Below are positions 8,447-18,035 of a stretch of DNA of 64,000 nt, piece after piece. The position numbers and the translations under genes were made by a program. Below the pieces are notes generated by a model. It was not told the origin of the DNA and ran no database searches. It was given only the letters and a program-made list of their open reading frames with translations. The number at the start of each line of letters is the position of its first letter. Position 1 is the first letter of the stretch. Source of the DNA: an uncultured Verrucomicrobiales bacterium (GTDB taxonomy: Bacteria > Verrucomicrobiota > Verrucomicrobiia > Verrucomicrobiales > DEV007); assembly GCA_938091905.1 (NCBI GenBank), contig CALKOM010000022.1, positions 32,512 to 96,511 of the forward strand, written 5' to 3'.

Positions 8447-11400
8447 ATGAAACAAACACCCCCTGCCATCTCTGGACTGCTGGCCTTTGGTCTCGCCATG
8501 TCCGTCGCTCAAGCTGGTCCACAAGGCACCATTCTCGTACGCGAACTCGATGCTGTGACGATTGATGGCGACCTCTCGGACTGGCCCATAGAGAACTTTG
8601 AAACCACTCTCGAACTACCACCCACTCCGGAAGCTCTTGAGGCTGAGACGGTGGATGTCCAGGGAGACCATTTGGTCTTTAACATTGATCAGGTCGGTTT
8701 CTTCAATGGCACCGAAGCGGCTCACTTGAGTGACGGTGGTGAGGGAGACTTTGGCGCGTCGACCTACTTCGCATACGACTCGGAGTTCTTCTATATTCTC
8801 AACGTGGTCACCGACGAATCCGTCCGAGGAGATCGAGACATGTCCGACGAGGGGAACCAGGGATTTCTCAATGATGGCTTTGAGTTCTTCTTTGATGCAG
8901 CCGGAGACAGCGATGATTGCGTCGCGATGGGTGCCACGTTCGAAGATGAGGATCCCAATCGTGATGACATGCAGATCACGGTTGCCCTCAACGATAATTT
9001 CCTTCCAGAGGGCGCCGATGCCGATCAGTTAGGGGTCCGGCAGGGACTTGAGCGCGGTGGAAATCCGCTCTTGGTTAACTCAGACGGTGGCACGAAGAAT
9101 GGCCCTGGCGGGTTGTTCCGAGACGCGCTCGATGCTCTCGATGGCCCTAACATTGCGGCTAGTAAAACGGACGGCGGCTATGTCATCGAGCAACGGATTC
9201 CATTCGGCTTTATTCCTGAGTTCACCTCTGACAATGTGATGAAGTACACGCAGTTTTGGAATGACTTCGATACTGACGATGGGCCCGGTGGCGCCAACAA
9301 GAGTTGGATCACCTGGGGGCAGCAATCGACCGTGACCTGCGAGGCAGATGAGGATCCACCAGCAGCCTTGTTCCACGCAGGCACGTGGGCGGCGTTGGAG
9401 TTCGTGACTGACAATCCACTGAACAACAAGCCTGGCCCAAATATTTCTCTGCGCACAAAGGTGAACTTCGGCCAGCTAGACATTCCGCCTACAGTGCAGG
9501 AATTGACTATTCCCGTGCGCAACACCGGCATTACCAATCCGCTCGCGATCACGGATGTCACGGTGAGTGGTACGCACGGAGACCGCTTCACCGTCGTGAG
9601 TTTCCCGAACAGCTTGGACGCGAAAGCTGGTGGCGACATTGTGTTGAACTTTGATAGTCAAGGCATCACCGGCCCTTACGAGGCTGTCCTAGAAGTCACC
9701 AACGATGATGCCGAACCGGAAGACCAAACACGGCAAGTGGCGATCTCTTTATCCGTTGTGGATCCGGCAGGTCCACTGACCCATCTCAAACTTGACGAAC
9801 CCGATGGCACCGTGCTCGCTGATAGTTCCGGCAATGGCCGGGGCGGCAGGTTGGAACCTGGTGGCGGTAATGCCACACTGAATCAAAACCCACTTGCTGG
9901 AGGCAAGGCCATCGAGGTCTCCGGTGGCGGCTCGGCGAGACTTGAGGGCAAGCCTTTCGGATTGTTAGACAGTTTCTCGGTTTCCCTATGGTTCCAGGTC
10001 GCCGATGTGGCCGGGCAGGGAACACTCGTTTCCCGTGGAGCCGGTGGTGCGCCGATCTTCGCTGTTCTCCAATCGGGAGCAAATGCTTCGTTCTTCGTCA
10101 ACGACGGCCCAATCTTTGCGACCGAAGGTGATCTGATCCAAGCAGGGACGGCCCATCACTTGGTAGCCACCTATGACAATACTGAGGGCGCCCGTCGCGC
10201 GGCCATCTTCATCGACGGTGTGGAAGCAGGCTCTTTTGATGACCCCACCGTTCTCGATGACTTCGAAGAAGACCCCTTCTGGCTAGGCTCGTTTGCGCAA
10301 GCGTTAGGCTTCAGTGGCCTGATCGATGACTTTCAGTATTACAATCATATCCTCACGGCGGAGGAGGTCCAGACATTGAAGGACAATCCTGGCAAGGCGC
10401 TTAGCGGCGTAACGCCTGGAGAGGGCGGGGATGGAGCTGTGGTAGTCGACCTCGACGCTAGCGGATTGCCGGAAGGTGCCATCGCTACCTGGGAAAACGC
10501 AGGCGATCTTGGAGGAAGCTTCCAAGCGTTCGGCGATCCCACCGTTGAAGTAATCGCCGGCGTGACCGGCGTAACCTTAGACGGTAATGGAGACTACCTC
10601 GAAGGCCCCGCTTCCACACCAGCCATTGAGGGCGACAGCCCACGCTCGATCATCGCTTGGATCTACAATCCCGAATTAGCCTCTGAAGAGACGGTCATAT
10701 CCTGGGGCAAACGCGGCGGACCAGATGGCACAAACATGTCATTCAACCACGGCTTCCATAACAATTTCGGAGCCGTCGGTCACTGGGGTGGCGGCGGCCC
10801 TGACATTGGTTGGAATCCCGATTCCATGGTCGAAGATGAAGATCCGGGCGTGCCAGGAGATGCGCAAGCGGGCGTATGGACGCACATTTCTTACACTCAA
10901 ACGGGCAGCTTCACCAAAGTCTTCACCAATGGGGTACTATCCAATTCGGAAGACGCGGCTCTCAATACGCATCCTGGTTTGGGTATCCTTGTTGGGGCTC
11001 AGCGAGAAGATAACGGCGTCGATGTGACCGACCCTTTGAAGGGCTCTCTCACCGTTGCCAATGTCCGAGTCTTTGATAGCGCCTTGTCCGACGAAGACAT
11101 TCTGGCGGACTACGAAACCTCGGCTCCTGGGTTCGCCCCTCCACCCGTACGCGATCCAGTAGACATCCTTCTATTAGGGGCAAATGACGCTGCTGATGCG
11201 GGAGCGGATGCCAATGTCATGGCGTTCCTCGAGGCGGAATTTACGACCGTACGCTACATGAACTCCGGCGCAACCGATGGCTCCGAGACTGCCGATGTCA
11301 TCGTCATGTCTTCCACCTTCGGTTCGGGCTCTGTCAGAGGCAAGTTCCACAACTCCGCCGTACCGATCCTCAACTGGGAGGAAGCCGTCATGGACAGTGG

Positions 11401-12664
11401 CGATGGAGAGTTCGGTCAAAGCTTGGCGGCGATGACCAAGTCAACCGACACCACACAGATGGCACTTGGCGATCATCCGATCGCAGGCGCTCTGGCTGGC
11501 ACTACCATCGATTATCTCACGGCCGTGGGTGCTGAAACGTTAGGATCCAGTGAGCTTTCTGCAGATACCGTTGCGGTAGGTACAGGAACCGGCGGCGCGG
11601 TTGATGGTTTGGCCATGCTCTTTGTCACGGACACCGGTGGCGCTGTGGGTGAAGGTTCTGGAGTTGTGGACAATGTCTCCCCTGCAAGACGGGTCTCCTT
11701 CCCGATGACAGATGCGACCTTTGATAGTCTCACAGATGCAGGAAAGGAGCTGTTCGTGAACTCCATCCTTTGGGCTGCTGGCATCGTCGACCCACCAACA
11801 CTCCCAGACATCCCAGGCGTGATCGGCTACTGGCCTCTCGATGGCTCGGCCGCCGATGCCAGCGGCAAAGGCGTGGATGGCAATGTCATCAATGCTGACG
11901 GCGTTTGGGTCGATGATGGCGGACGCAGCGTCTACCAGTCGGGCAACGATTCGTTCATCGAGTTAGGTACATTGCCAGTCATCGGACTGGACACCGACTT
12001 CACTTGGTCGTTCTGGGTGAACGCTGATGAGACTGACAACAATAACATTGTCTTTGGAAATCGATGGGGACCAGACGGTGTCGATTTCGATCCTCGCGAG
12101 TTCATCAAGTTCACACCTCGCGTCTTTGAATGGCACGTCGATGCCGGAGGGCAGAACGTTCCAGGAGAGAATTCCATGTTTATCGTTGGCGAATGGGCCC
12201 ACAACTTGGTGGTGAAGACGGGTACCACACTCAGCTATTATCGTGACGGGACAGAAATCGCCACCAGCGAGATCACGGCTGCGCCAGCGAATGCGCAGCC
12301 ACTCTATTTGGGCGGTCAAAACGGGGCCGAAATCTTCAGCGGCAAGTTCGACGAAGTCGCGATCTTCAACCGTGCCCTGTCTACAGATGAGGTGACCGAT
12401 GTCTATAACCGAGGATTAAACGGCCAAACCCTCACCGCAGGTGGTCCTGGACCTGAAGGTCCTTTGCCAAGCCTAACCAATATAGGAATCCAAGCCAGTG
12501 GAGCTTTCGGGATCACCGTTCCTGACGGTATGACTGCTGACATCGAGTACTCGACGGACCTCATCGACTGGGAAGTCATCGCTACAGGCATCACAGGCTC
12601 TGCTGAAGAAACCGACGCTGCCCGCATGGCGGCACCAGCCGGCTACTACCGGGCCAAGCAATAA
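8447..12664 (+). CDS. Large secreted acidic multidomain protein: CBM9/DOMON-like, Ig-like, three LamG domains, GATase-like domain, verrucomicrobial C-terminal motif
   Basis: ATG at 8447 gives a signal peptide (MKQTPP...AQA); TIDGDLSDW...YFAYD...DGFEFFFD (CBM9-like); three LamG ends (IDDFQYYNHIL, VRVFDSALS, FDEVAIFNRALS); tail IEYSTDLIDW...GYYRA. Confidence 0.8.
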   Translation: MKQTPPAISGLLAFGLAMSVAQAGPQGTILVRELDAVTIDGDLSDWPIENFETTLELPPTPEALEAETVDVQGDHLVFNIDQVGFFNGTEAAHLSDGGEGDFGASTYFAYDSEFFYILNVVTDESVRGDRDMSDEGNQGFLNDGFEFFFDAAGDSDDCVAMGATFEDEDPNRDDMQITVALNDNFLPEGADADQLGVRQGLERGGNPLLVNSDGGTKNGPGGLFRDALDALDGPNIAASKTDGGYVIEQRIPFGFIPEFTSDNVMKYTQFWNDFDTDDGPGGANKSWITWGQQSTVTCEADEDPPAALFHAGTWAALEFVTDNPLNNKPGPNISLRTKVNFGQLDIPPTVQELTIPVRNTGITNPLAITDVTVSGTHGDRFTVVSFPNSLDAKAGGDIVLNFDSQGITGPYEAVLEVTNDDAEPEDQTRQVAISLSVVDPAGPLTHLKLDEPDGTVLADSSGNGRGGRLEPGGGNATLNQNPLAGGKAIEVSGGGSARLEGKPFGLLDSFSVSLWFQVADVAGQGTLVSRGAGGAPIFAVLQSGANASFFVNDGPIFATEGDLIQAGTAHHLVATYDNTEGARRAAIFIDGVEAGSFDDPTVLDDFEEDPFWLGSFAQALGFSGLIDDFQYYNHILTAEEVQTLKDNPGKALSGVTPGEGGDGAVVVDLDASGLPEGAIATWENAGDLGGSFQAFGDPTVEVIAGVTGVTLDGNGDYLEGPASTPAIEGDSPRSIIAWIYNPELASEETVISWGKRGGPDGTNMSFNHGFHNNFGAVGHWGGGGPDIGWNPDSMVEDEDPGVPGDAQAGVWTHISYTQTGSFTKVFTNGVLSNSEDAALNTHPGLGILVGAQREDNGVDVTDPLKGSLTVANVRVFDSALSDEDILADYETSAPGFAPPPVRDPVDILLLGANDAADAGADANVMAFLEAEFTTVRYMNSGATDGSETADVIVMSSTFGSGSVRGKFHNSAVPILNWEEAVMDSGDGEFGQSLAAMTKSTDTTQMALGDHPIAGALAGTTIDYLTAVGAETLGSSELSADTVAVGTGTGGAVDGLAMLFVTDTGGAVGEGSGVVDNVSPARRVSFPMTDATFDSLTDAGKELFVNSILWAAGIVDPPTLPDIPGVIGYWPLDGSAADASGKGVDGNVINADGVWVDDGGRSVYQSGNDSFIELGTLPVIGLDTDFTWSFWVNADETDNNNIVFGNRWGPDGVDFDPREFIKFTPRVFEWHVDAGGQNVPGENSMFIVGEWAHNLVVKTGTTLSYYRDGTEIATSEITAAPANAQPLYLGGQNGAEIFSGKFDEVAIFNRALSTDEVTDVYNRGLNGQTLTAGGPGPEGPLPSLTNIGIQASGAFGITVPDGMTADIEYSTDLIDWEVIATGITGSAEETDAARMAAPAGYYRAKQ

Positions 12665-12692
12665 AGAATCACATTGGGAAGAAGGTGAGTCG

Positions 12693-12722
12693 CGAAGGCG
12701 GGGGCTTCGGCTCCCGCCTTCG
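12693..12722. terminator. GC-rich hairpin with UUCG loop between convergent genes, probable bidirectional terminator
   Basis: cgaaggcgggggc-ttcg-gctcccgccttcg, a 13-bp stem with one G-U pair; U-tract is weak. Confidence 0.7.
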
Positions 12723-12753
12723 TTGCATCGGACTCACAGGGTCACTGAAGACA

Positions 12754-13473
12754 CTAACGAGAAACGATTGCTAACAAATAGCGCAACTCCTCTCCAACGG
12801 CAGCTTCGCCCTCCACCGTCTGGGCGATCTCGGCACGAACGGCGTCGCGAAAGTCCTTTCTGAGGCGATGAATGGCCACTTTGAAGGCTCCCACGGCCAT
12901 TCCCAATTCGTTGGCAGCGTGTTCTTGGTCCGGACGCCCACTGACACCGGGAAGCCAGGTTATCATCACCGCAAACTCTTCTACTTTCCCATTCGCTTGC
13001 CAAGTTTCCTCCAGAGCCGTCAACGCTCGAGCAAGGACGGTGTTCGCCCATTCTCGATCGAAGTAGGTATCGTCATGAAGAGCGCTCTCATCGGGAACCT
13101 GCAAACCCGAAGAAGAGTCTCGCGCCACGTCAAGCGGCACGTGCTGTTGCCCGCCCCCACGCTTTTCGCGCTGAGCCGCCTTGCGACGATCTGCTAGGAA
13201 ATGTTTTACCGCGCCAAGGACGTAGGAGCGAAATCTACCGCGGTCGGGATCGGCGCCAGCGATGGCGTTCCCTTCCAACAGCTTGGCAAAGAAGGCTTGT
13301 GCCAGTTCACGTGCGTCGTCTTCTGAGCGGCCTTCGCATCGGAAAAATCGAAACACGGGTTCCCAGTAGGCCTGACAAAGATCCCCGAGGGCCTCTCGAC
13401 TCCTTTCTGAATCTCCCTGAGCTTGCCTTACCAAGGACCACCGCGTGGCGTCGAAGTTTCCACCGCTGCTCAT
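12754..13473 (-). CDS. ECF RNA polymerase sigma factor (PVC type usually linked to a Ser/Thr kinase)
   Basis: F.ATRWSLV N-terminus, LCQAYWEPV, GRFRSYVLGAVKHFL, FDREWA, region 4 (ANELGMAVGAFKVAIHRLR). Confidence 0.88.
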   Translation of the reverse strand: MSSGGNFDATRWSLVRQAQGDSERSREALGDLCQAYWEPVFRFFRCEGRSEDDARELAQAFFAKLLEGNAIAGADPDRGRFRSYVLGAVKHFLADRRKAAQREKRGGGQQHVPLDVARDSSSGLQVPDESALHDDTYFDREWANTVLARALTALEETWQANGKVEEFAVMITWLPGVSGRPDQEHAANELGMAVGAFKVAIHRLRKDFRDAVRAEIAQTVEGEAAVGEELRYLLAIVSR

Positions 13474-13655
13474 TTGAAGAAAGTCTCGCTACGATAAGGC
13501 TGTTCAGCGATGCCCAACTCGGATTCGTTAAGTGTGGTCCCGATAAGAGCGCTTTCGTGACGTTCATGGGTAAGTGGTTGATCAACCTTGTTGCGGTCGA
13601 GCTTCAGGGTCTGAATGGTTTCCCCTGAACCCTCCTTCTGAGTTCGGTGGATCAT
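13470..13655 (-). CDS. Small hypothetical protein (61 aa), possibly a remnant
   Basis: Its stop overlaps the ECF start (ATGA coupling); no recognisable motif. Confidence 0.25.
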   Translation of the reverse strand: MIHRTQKEGSGETIQTLKLDRNKVDQPLTHERHESALIGTTLNESELGIAEQPYRSETFFK

Positions 13656-13738
13656 GACGAGGGCCTTAGTATTCCAAGACCCGCCGTAAATTTGCTTGGA
13701 GGATTGCCAAATCTTGCGGAGCCATAGAATATCGTGGC

Positions 13739-14650
13739 ATGCAGCGCTTTCATGTTCTTAGCTTCTTGCTCTGTGCGCTCCTGATCGGTGCGCATGGTGG
13801 ACCTGAACCTTTCGATTTGCGCGAGGGTGATCGGGTTGTCTTTCTGGGAAATGCCTTCTTTGAGCGGGCGCTTGACCACGGATATATGGAAACGGCACTC
13901 GCGTTGCGGTGGCCAGAGCGGAACGTGACCTTTCGCAATCTCGGCTGGGATGGCGATACAGTCTATGGGCACGCTCGCGCAGGTGGCCGACGCCGTACGG
14001 TATTTGGCGACCCTGAGGAAGGCTTTGCTAGGATGATGGGTGAGGTGCGTTTGCTAGAGCCCTCGGTGATCTTCCTCGCGTATGGATTGAACGAGTCTTT
14101 CGACGACGATGCGGGACTCACCCCTTTTCGCGAAGGTTTGAGACGTCTCTTGAAGGAGATTGCCTCCATCAGAACACGAGTGATTCTGCTTTCTCCTACG
14201 CTTTTTCAGGAAGGCTTTGGTGCGGACTCGACCTACATCGCTCAGCGGAACGAGATGCTCACACGCTACAGTCAGGTCATTGCAGAGGCAGCGGCCTCCG
14301 AGAAACAGGTCTATGTGGATCTCACCACGTTCGACCAACCCTTGCCGTCCGAGAATGGGCTTCATCTCGCGGGGCCAGGTTACCGGCTGGTTGCCGAGAG
14401 ACTCACCCAGCAACTGAAACTGCCACCTGCCAAGATCGATCCGAATTCGGAGGATGCCACGGCTATACGCGCGGCCATTGTTAGAAAGAACCGGCTTTAC
14501 TTTCATCGGTGGCGGCCACGGAACGACGCCTTTGTCTTTGGCGAACGGAAAGACGAACAGAAGATCGCCCAGACCGAGCCCGCGCAGTTCGAGCCCTTCA
14601 TTGCGAAACAGGAAGCCGTCGTCCGCCAACTTCTTCAGACCAAGTCATGA
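13739..14650 (+). CDS. Secreted SGNH/GDSL-fold protein with degenerate catalytic serine
   Basis: Signal peptide; RVVFLGNAFFE (block I), FRNLGWDGD (II), YGLNES (III), NGLHL (V). Confidence 0.82.
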   Translation: MQRFHVLSFLLCALLIGAHGGPEPFDLREGDRVVFLGNAFFERALDHGYMETALALRWPERNVTFRNLGWDGDTVYGHARAGGRRRTVFGDPEEGFARMMGEVRLLEPSVIFLAYGLNESFDDDAGLTPFREGLRRLLKEIASIRTRVILLSPTLFQEGFGADSTYIAQRNEMLTRYSQVIAEAAASEKQVYVDLTTFDQPLPSENGLHLAGPGYRLVAERLTQQLKLPPAKIDPNSEDATAIRAAIVRKNRLYFHRWRPRNDAFVFGERKDEQKIAQTEPAQFEPFIAKQEAVVRQLLQTKS

Positions 14651-17568
14651 ATCGCTGCCTCCTTGCGCTCCTCTTAACAAGCTCAGTTCTCTTGGGCCAA
14701 CAAAACCTGACAGAAATTCCGCCACAGGATCCTGCCATTGAACAAGCTTCTTTTAAGGTTGCCAAGGGCTTTGAGGTCAACTTGTGGGCGGCTGATCCTT
14801 TGTTAGCCAAACCTACCCAGATCAGCTTCGATCATGAAGGGCGATTGTGGGTGGCGAGCAGCGAGACCTATCCACAGCTCAATGTCAATCAGGAACCTAA
14901 CGATCGCATTCTCATCCTTGAAGACACCGATCAAGATGGAAGCGCCGACAAATCCTCGGTTTTCTACGACAAGCTCGTCATTCCCGGTGGTGTCCTGCCA
15001 GATGGACAAGGTGGTGCTTACGTCGCGCATGCTGAGGAATTGATTCAACTAAACGATACCGATCATGACGGTAGTGCAGATTCCAAGACCGTCTTGCTAT
15101 CGGGATTCGGCACGGAAGACACACACCACACCCTCCATCGACTGAGCTGGGGGCCGGGTGGTCTTCTCTACATGCTCCAAGGCTACTACATCGGCACTCA
15201 TGTGGAGACGCTCTATGGTCCGCGTCGCCTCAATGGGGGCGGACTCTGGTCGTATGATACGCAGACACGTCGGCTGGAGATCTACAGTCGAGGCTTGGTC
15301 AATCCATGGGGCGTGGCCTTTGATCGCTGGGGCCAAAGTTTCCAAACGGACGGTGCCGGAGGTGAGGGCATCAATTACACCTTCCCTGACAGTGTCTTCA
15401 AAGCCTCTCCCCATGAACACCGGACACTCACTGGTCTCAATCCTGGCCGTCCCAAGCTCTGTGGCATCGAGATCATTAGTGGCGACCATTTCCCAGCGCC
15501 CTGGCATGGTAGTGTGCTCGCCAATGATTTCCGTGCCAACAACATTGATCGCTATTCTCTAGAGGAATCTGCTAGCGGATTTCTCTCTCACCTTGAGGAT
15601 GATCTTCTGCAATCAACGCATGTCTCCTTCCGCCCCATTGATATCACCATGGGACCCGACGGAGCAGTCTATATTGCCGACTGGTATAGTCCCATCATCC
15701 AGCATGGCGAAGTCGATTTCCGTGATGAACGACGTGACCAGGTGCACGGCCGCATTTGGCGTATCACCGCGAAGAATCGACCGCTTTGTCAACCGGTCGA
15801 TTATGGCTCCATCAGCGTTGAGCAACTGTTAGAGTGCCTCAAGTCGACTGCAGACTGGGTTCGCAGTCAGGCCAAGCAAGCACTCAAACGACACGATCAG
15901 AGTAATGTCGAAACTGCCATCCGAACCTGGCTCGCTACGCTCGATCCGCTCGATCCTCGCCATGAGCATTACCGGCTTGAAGCCCTCTGGTCTTACCAGA
16001 CCATTTGTAGTGCCGAAGCCGCGGACTTTGCCAACGTCATGAGACGATCTCCAGAGCCGCGCGCACGCGCGGCTGCCGTGCGTGCGTTCTATCACTCGCA
16101 GGTTGAGGCCGGTATGCTCGAAGAGTCTGTGAACGATCCCCATCCGCGCGTTCGACGCGAGGCGGTGACCGTGTTGGGTCAGAAAGGTTCCGCCGAGGCC
16201 GCCCGCATCGCACTTCAAGCGCTCAATCATCCCATGGACATCTTCCTCGACTTCGCCCTCTGGCGTACCTGTCGGCTTCTTGAGCCACACTGGCTCGCCG
16301 CCTTTAACGAAAAAGGTCTGACGTTTAAAGACAATGTAGATCACCTTGCCTTCGCGCTCAAAGCCATTGAAAAGCCCGAAGCGCTGGCCCCACTGATTGT
16401 ACTGGTCGAGAACGATCCTGAACATGCAGATCCTGCCATTGTGCGACTGATCAGCAAGATTGGAAGCTCGAAAGATCTCAACGCTCTACTCTCGCTCAAT
16501 ACGTTGGATGCTGTTCTAGCGCTTGTCGAAGCTGCCCGTGATCGAGGTGTTCTTCCGGCCCAAACAAGCAGACTGTCGTCCGCCTGCCTAACGCTGCTCC
16601 GCGCCAACGACCCAATGATCGTGGCCGCTGCCTGTCGCCTCGCCGGTCATTGGAAGCGAAACGACCTTCAGGCGGAACTTGAGTTTCGGTTGACCGATCC
16701 CAAATCGCCAGTGATCCAAGAAGCTGCCGCCCAAGGCCTCGCCATTCTCGGCCTCGGGACACCGCTAATCCACCTGACAAACGACGATTCGGCGACCCTA
16801 GCGTCACGGGTGGCCGCCGCCTCAGCCCTCGCGCAGATGGATGTTGCTGCTAGCGTGGAGCCGATCACAAACCTCTTAGCAGAGCCGCTCGAAGAAGACG
16901 CCATCAACACTCTTGTTACGTCCGTCCTTACCAAAAAGGGCGGCGCCGAAGCACTCGCGCAAGCTCTGACAGATCAAACCGTGACGAAGAAGGCAACCGT
17001 GCTAGCAATGAGACTGGTGGAGACTTCTGGTAGTCCGCACACCAGCCTCGTCAGGGCTTTGACAATCGCTGGGAACCTCCAATCTCTATCAGAGGAACTC
17101 ACACCCAGGATGCTGTCAAGCTTGCTTGGCAAGCTTGACTCTGGGAATGCGTCAAGAGGTAAGTTGATCTATCATCGAGACCAACTCGCTTGTGTTACCT
17201 GTCATGTCATTGATGGTGAAGGAGGCATTATTGGGCCTGATCTTTCTAGCATTGGTGCCAGTGCGCCCGTCGATTATCTCATTGAGTCCCTTATCATGCC
17301 GAGCAAGAAGATTAAGGAGGGTTATCGCATGACGCTCTTGACAAAGAAGAACGGTGACGTGTTCTCCGGTGCCATCGTGAGTGAAGATCAAAATGTCGTC
17401 CGCCTCCGAACGATCACCGGTCAGGAGGCGAGAGTCCCGAAGAGTACGATTAAGACCCGCCACACCAGCCCAGTATCGCTAATGCCCTCCGGACTAACGG
17501 AGTCATTGAAAGAAGATGAAGTCATCGATCTCGTGGCCTACCTTGCCTCGCTGGGTAAACAGAAGTGA
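14647..17568 (+). CDS. PVC-type heme-binding CxxCH protein (dehydrogenase-like propeller, HEAT repeats, C-terminal cytochrome c)
   Basis: ATG at 14647 overlaps the upstream TGA and begins a signal peptide; GFEVNLWAADP, DTDQDGSADK, NPWG, GPDGAVYIADW, HEAT region, CVTCH...IGPDLS...SLMPSGL. Confidence 0.9.
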   Translation: MNRCLLALLLTSSVLLGQQNLTEIPPQDPAIEQASFKVAKGFEVNLWAADPLLAKPTQISFDHEGRLWVASSETYPQLNVNQEPNDRILILEDTDQDGSADKSSVFYDKLVIPGGVLPDGQGGAYVAHAEELIQLNDTDHDGSADSKTVLLSGFGTEDTHHTLHRLSWGPGGLLYMLQGYYIGTHVETLYGPRRLNGGGLWSYDTQTRRLEIYSRGLVNPWGVAFDRWGQSFQTDGAGGEGINYTFPDSVFKASPHEHRTLTGLNPGRPKLCGIEIISGDHFPAPWHGSVLANDFRANNIDRYSLEESASGFLSHLEDDLLQSTHVSFRPIDITMGPDGAVYIADWYSPIIQHGEVDFRDERRDQVHGRIWRITAKNRPLCQPVDYGSISVEQLLECLKSTADWVRSQAKQALKRHDQSNVETAIRTWLATLDPLDPRHEHYRLEALWSYQTICSAEAADFANVMRRSPEPRARAAAVRAFYHSQVEAGMLEESVNDPHPRVRREAVTVLGQKGSAEAARIALQALNHPMDIFLDFALWRTCRLLEPHWLAAFNEKGLTFKDNVDHLAFALKAIEKPEALAPLIVLVENDPEHADPAIVRLISKIGSSKDLNALLSLNTLDAVLALVEAARDRGVLPAQTSRLSSACLTLLRANDPMIVAAACRLAGHWKRNDLQAELEFRLTDPKSPVIQEAAAQGLAILGLGTPLIHLTNDDSATLASRVAAASALAQMDVAASVEPITNLLAEPLEEDAINTLVTSVLTKKGGAEALAQALTDQTVTKKATVLAMRLVETSGSPHTSLVRALTIAGNLQSLSEELTPRMLSSLLGKLDSGNASRGKLIYHRDQLACVTCHVIDGEGGIIGPDLSSIGASAPVDYLIESLIMPSKKIKEGYRMTLLTKKNGDVFSGAIVSEDQNVVRLRTITGQEARVPKSTIKTRHTSPVSLMPSGLTESLKEDEVIDLVAYLASLGKQK

Positions 17569-18035
17569 TTGCAAACTCGCTTTAGACCTCTCACCTACTA
17601 CTTGCAGGTCCGCGCTAGGGGCTACTTTGCCGAAGAGCCCACGTTGATCAGAGTTACCTGTTTAGCTGTAATGTAAGGCGGCTGTTGTCGAGCCGGGGCG
17701 ATGGGCTAGCGGATGTTTGTGGAAGCGTGGTAGCGCGAGGCTATCGTAATCATCGGTTGATTCCCAACGGCTTACAGATGGAGTGCGCCGGGAAAAGCGA
17801 GATGCTGATTGGGATTTCAACCAAAACTCGGCCAAATGTTCAAATAATTTAACTCTTTGCGATGACTCATGAGAAAGACCTCAAAAGCCATCAGTTGAAC
17901 TGACGTGATAACCGGCATCGGCAAGAAGGTGGGAACACAAAGAATACCTTGCCGGTATTGACCCGTAGGGAACACAGCCCTCTTCGATTTACCCGATATA
18001 CCGCCCTCATAGGATCGAACTCCGTGAACGTGAAA

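Noticed and set aside
14509..14646. Long N-terminal extensions in the ORF track (also 8300, 19466, 21044, 24051, 40958, 54045, 57085, 62979)
   Set aside because: They overlap neighbouring genes or precede clear signal peptides or family starts, so downstream starts were chosen.
17860..17965. Possible helix-hairpin-helix remnant (ITGIGKKV...LAGID across frames)
   Set aside because: It is too short and needs frame changes, so it cannot be told from chance without a search.
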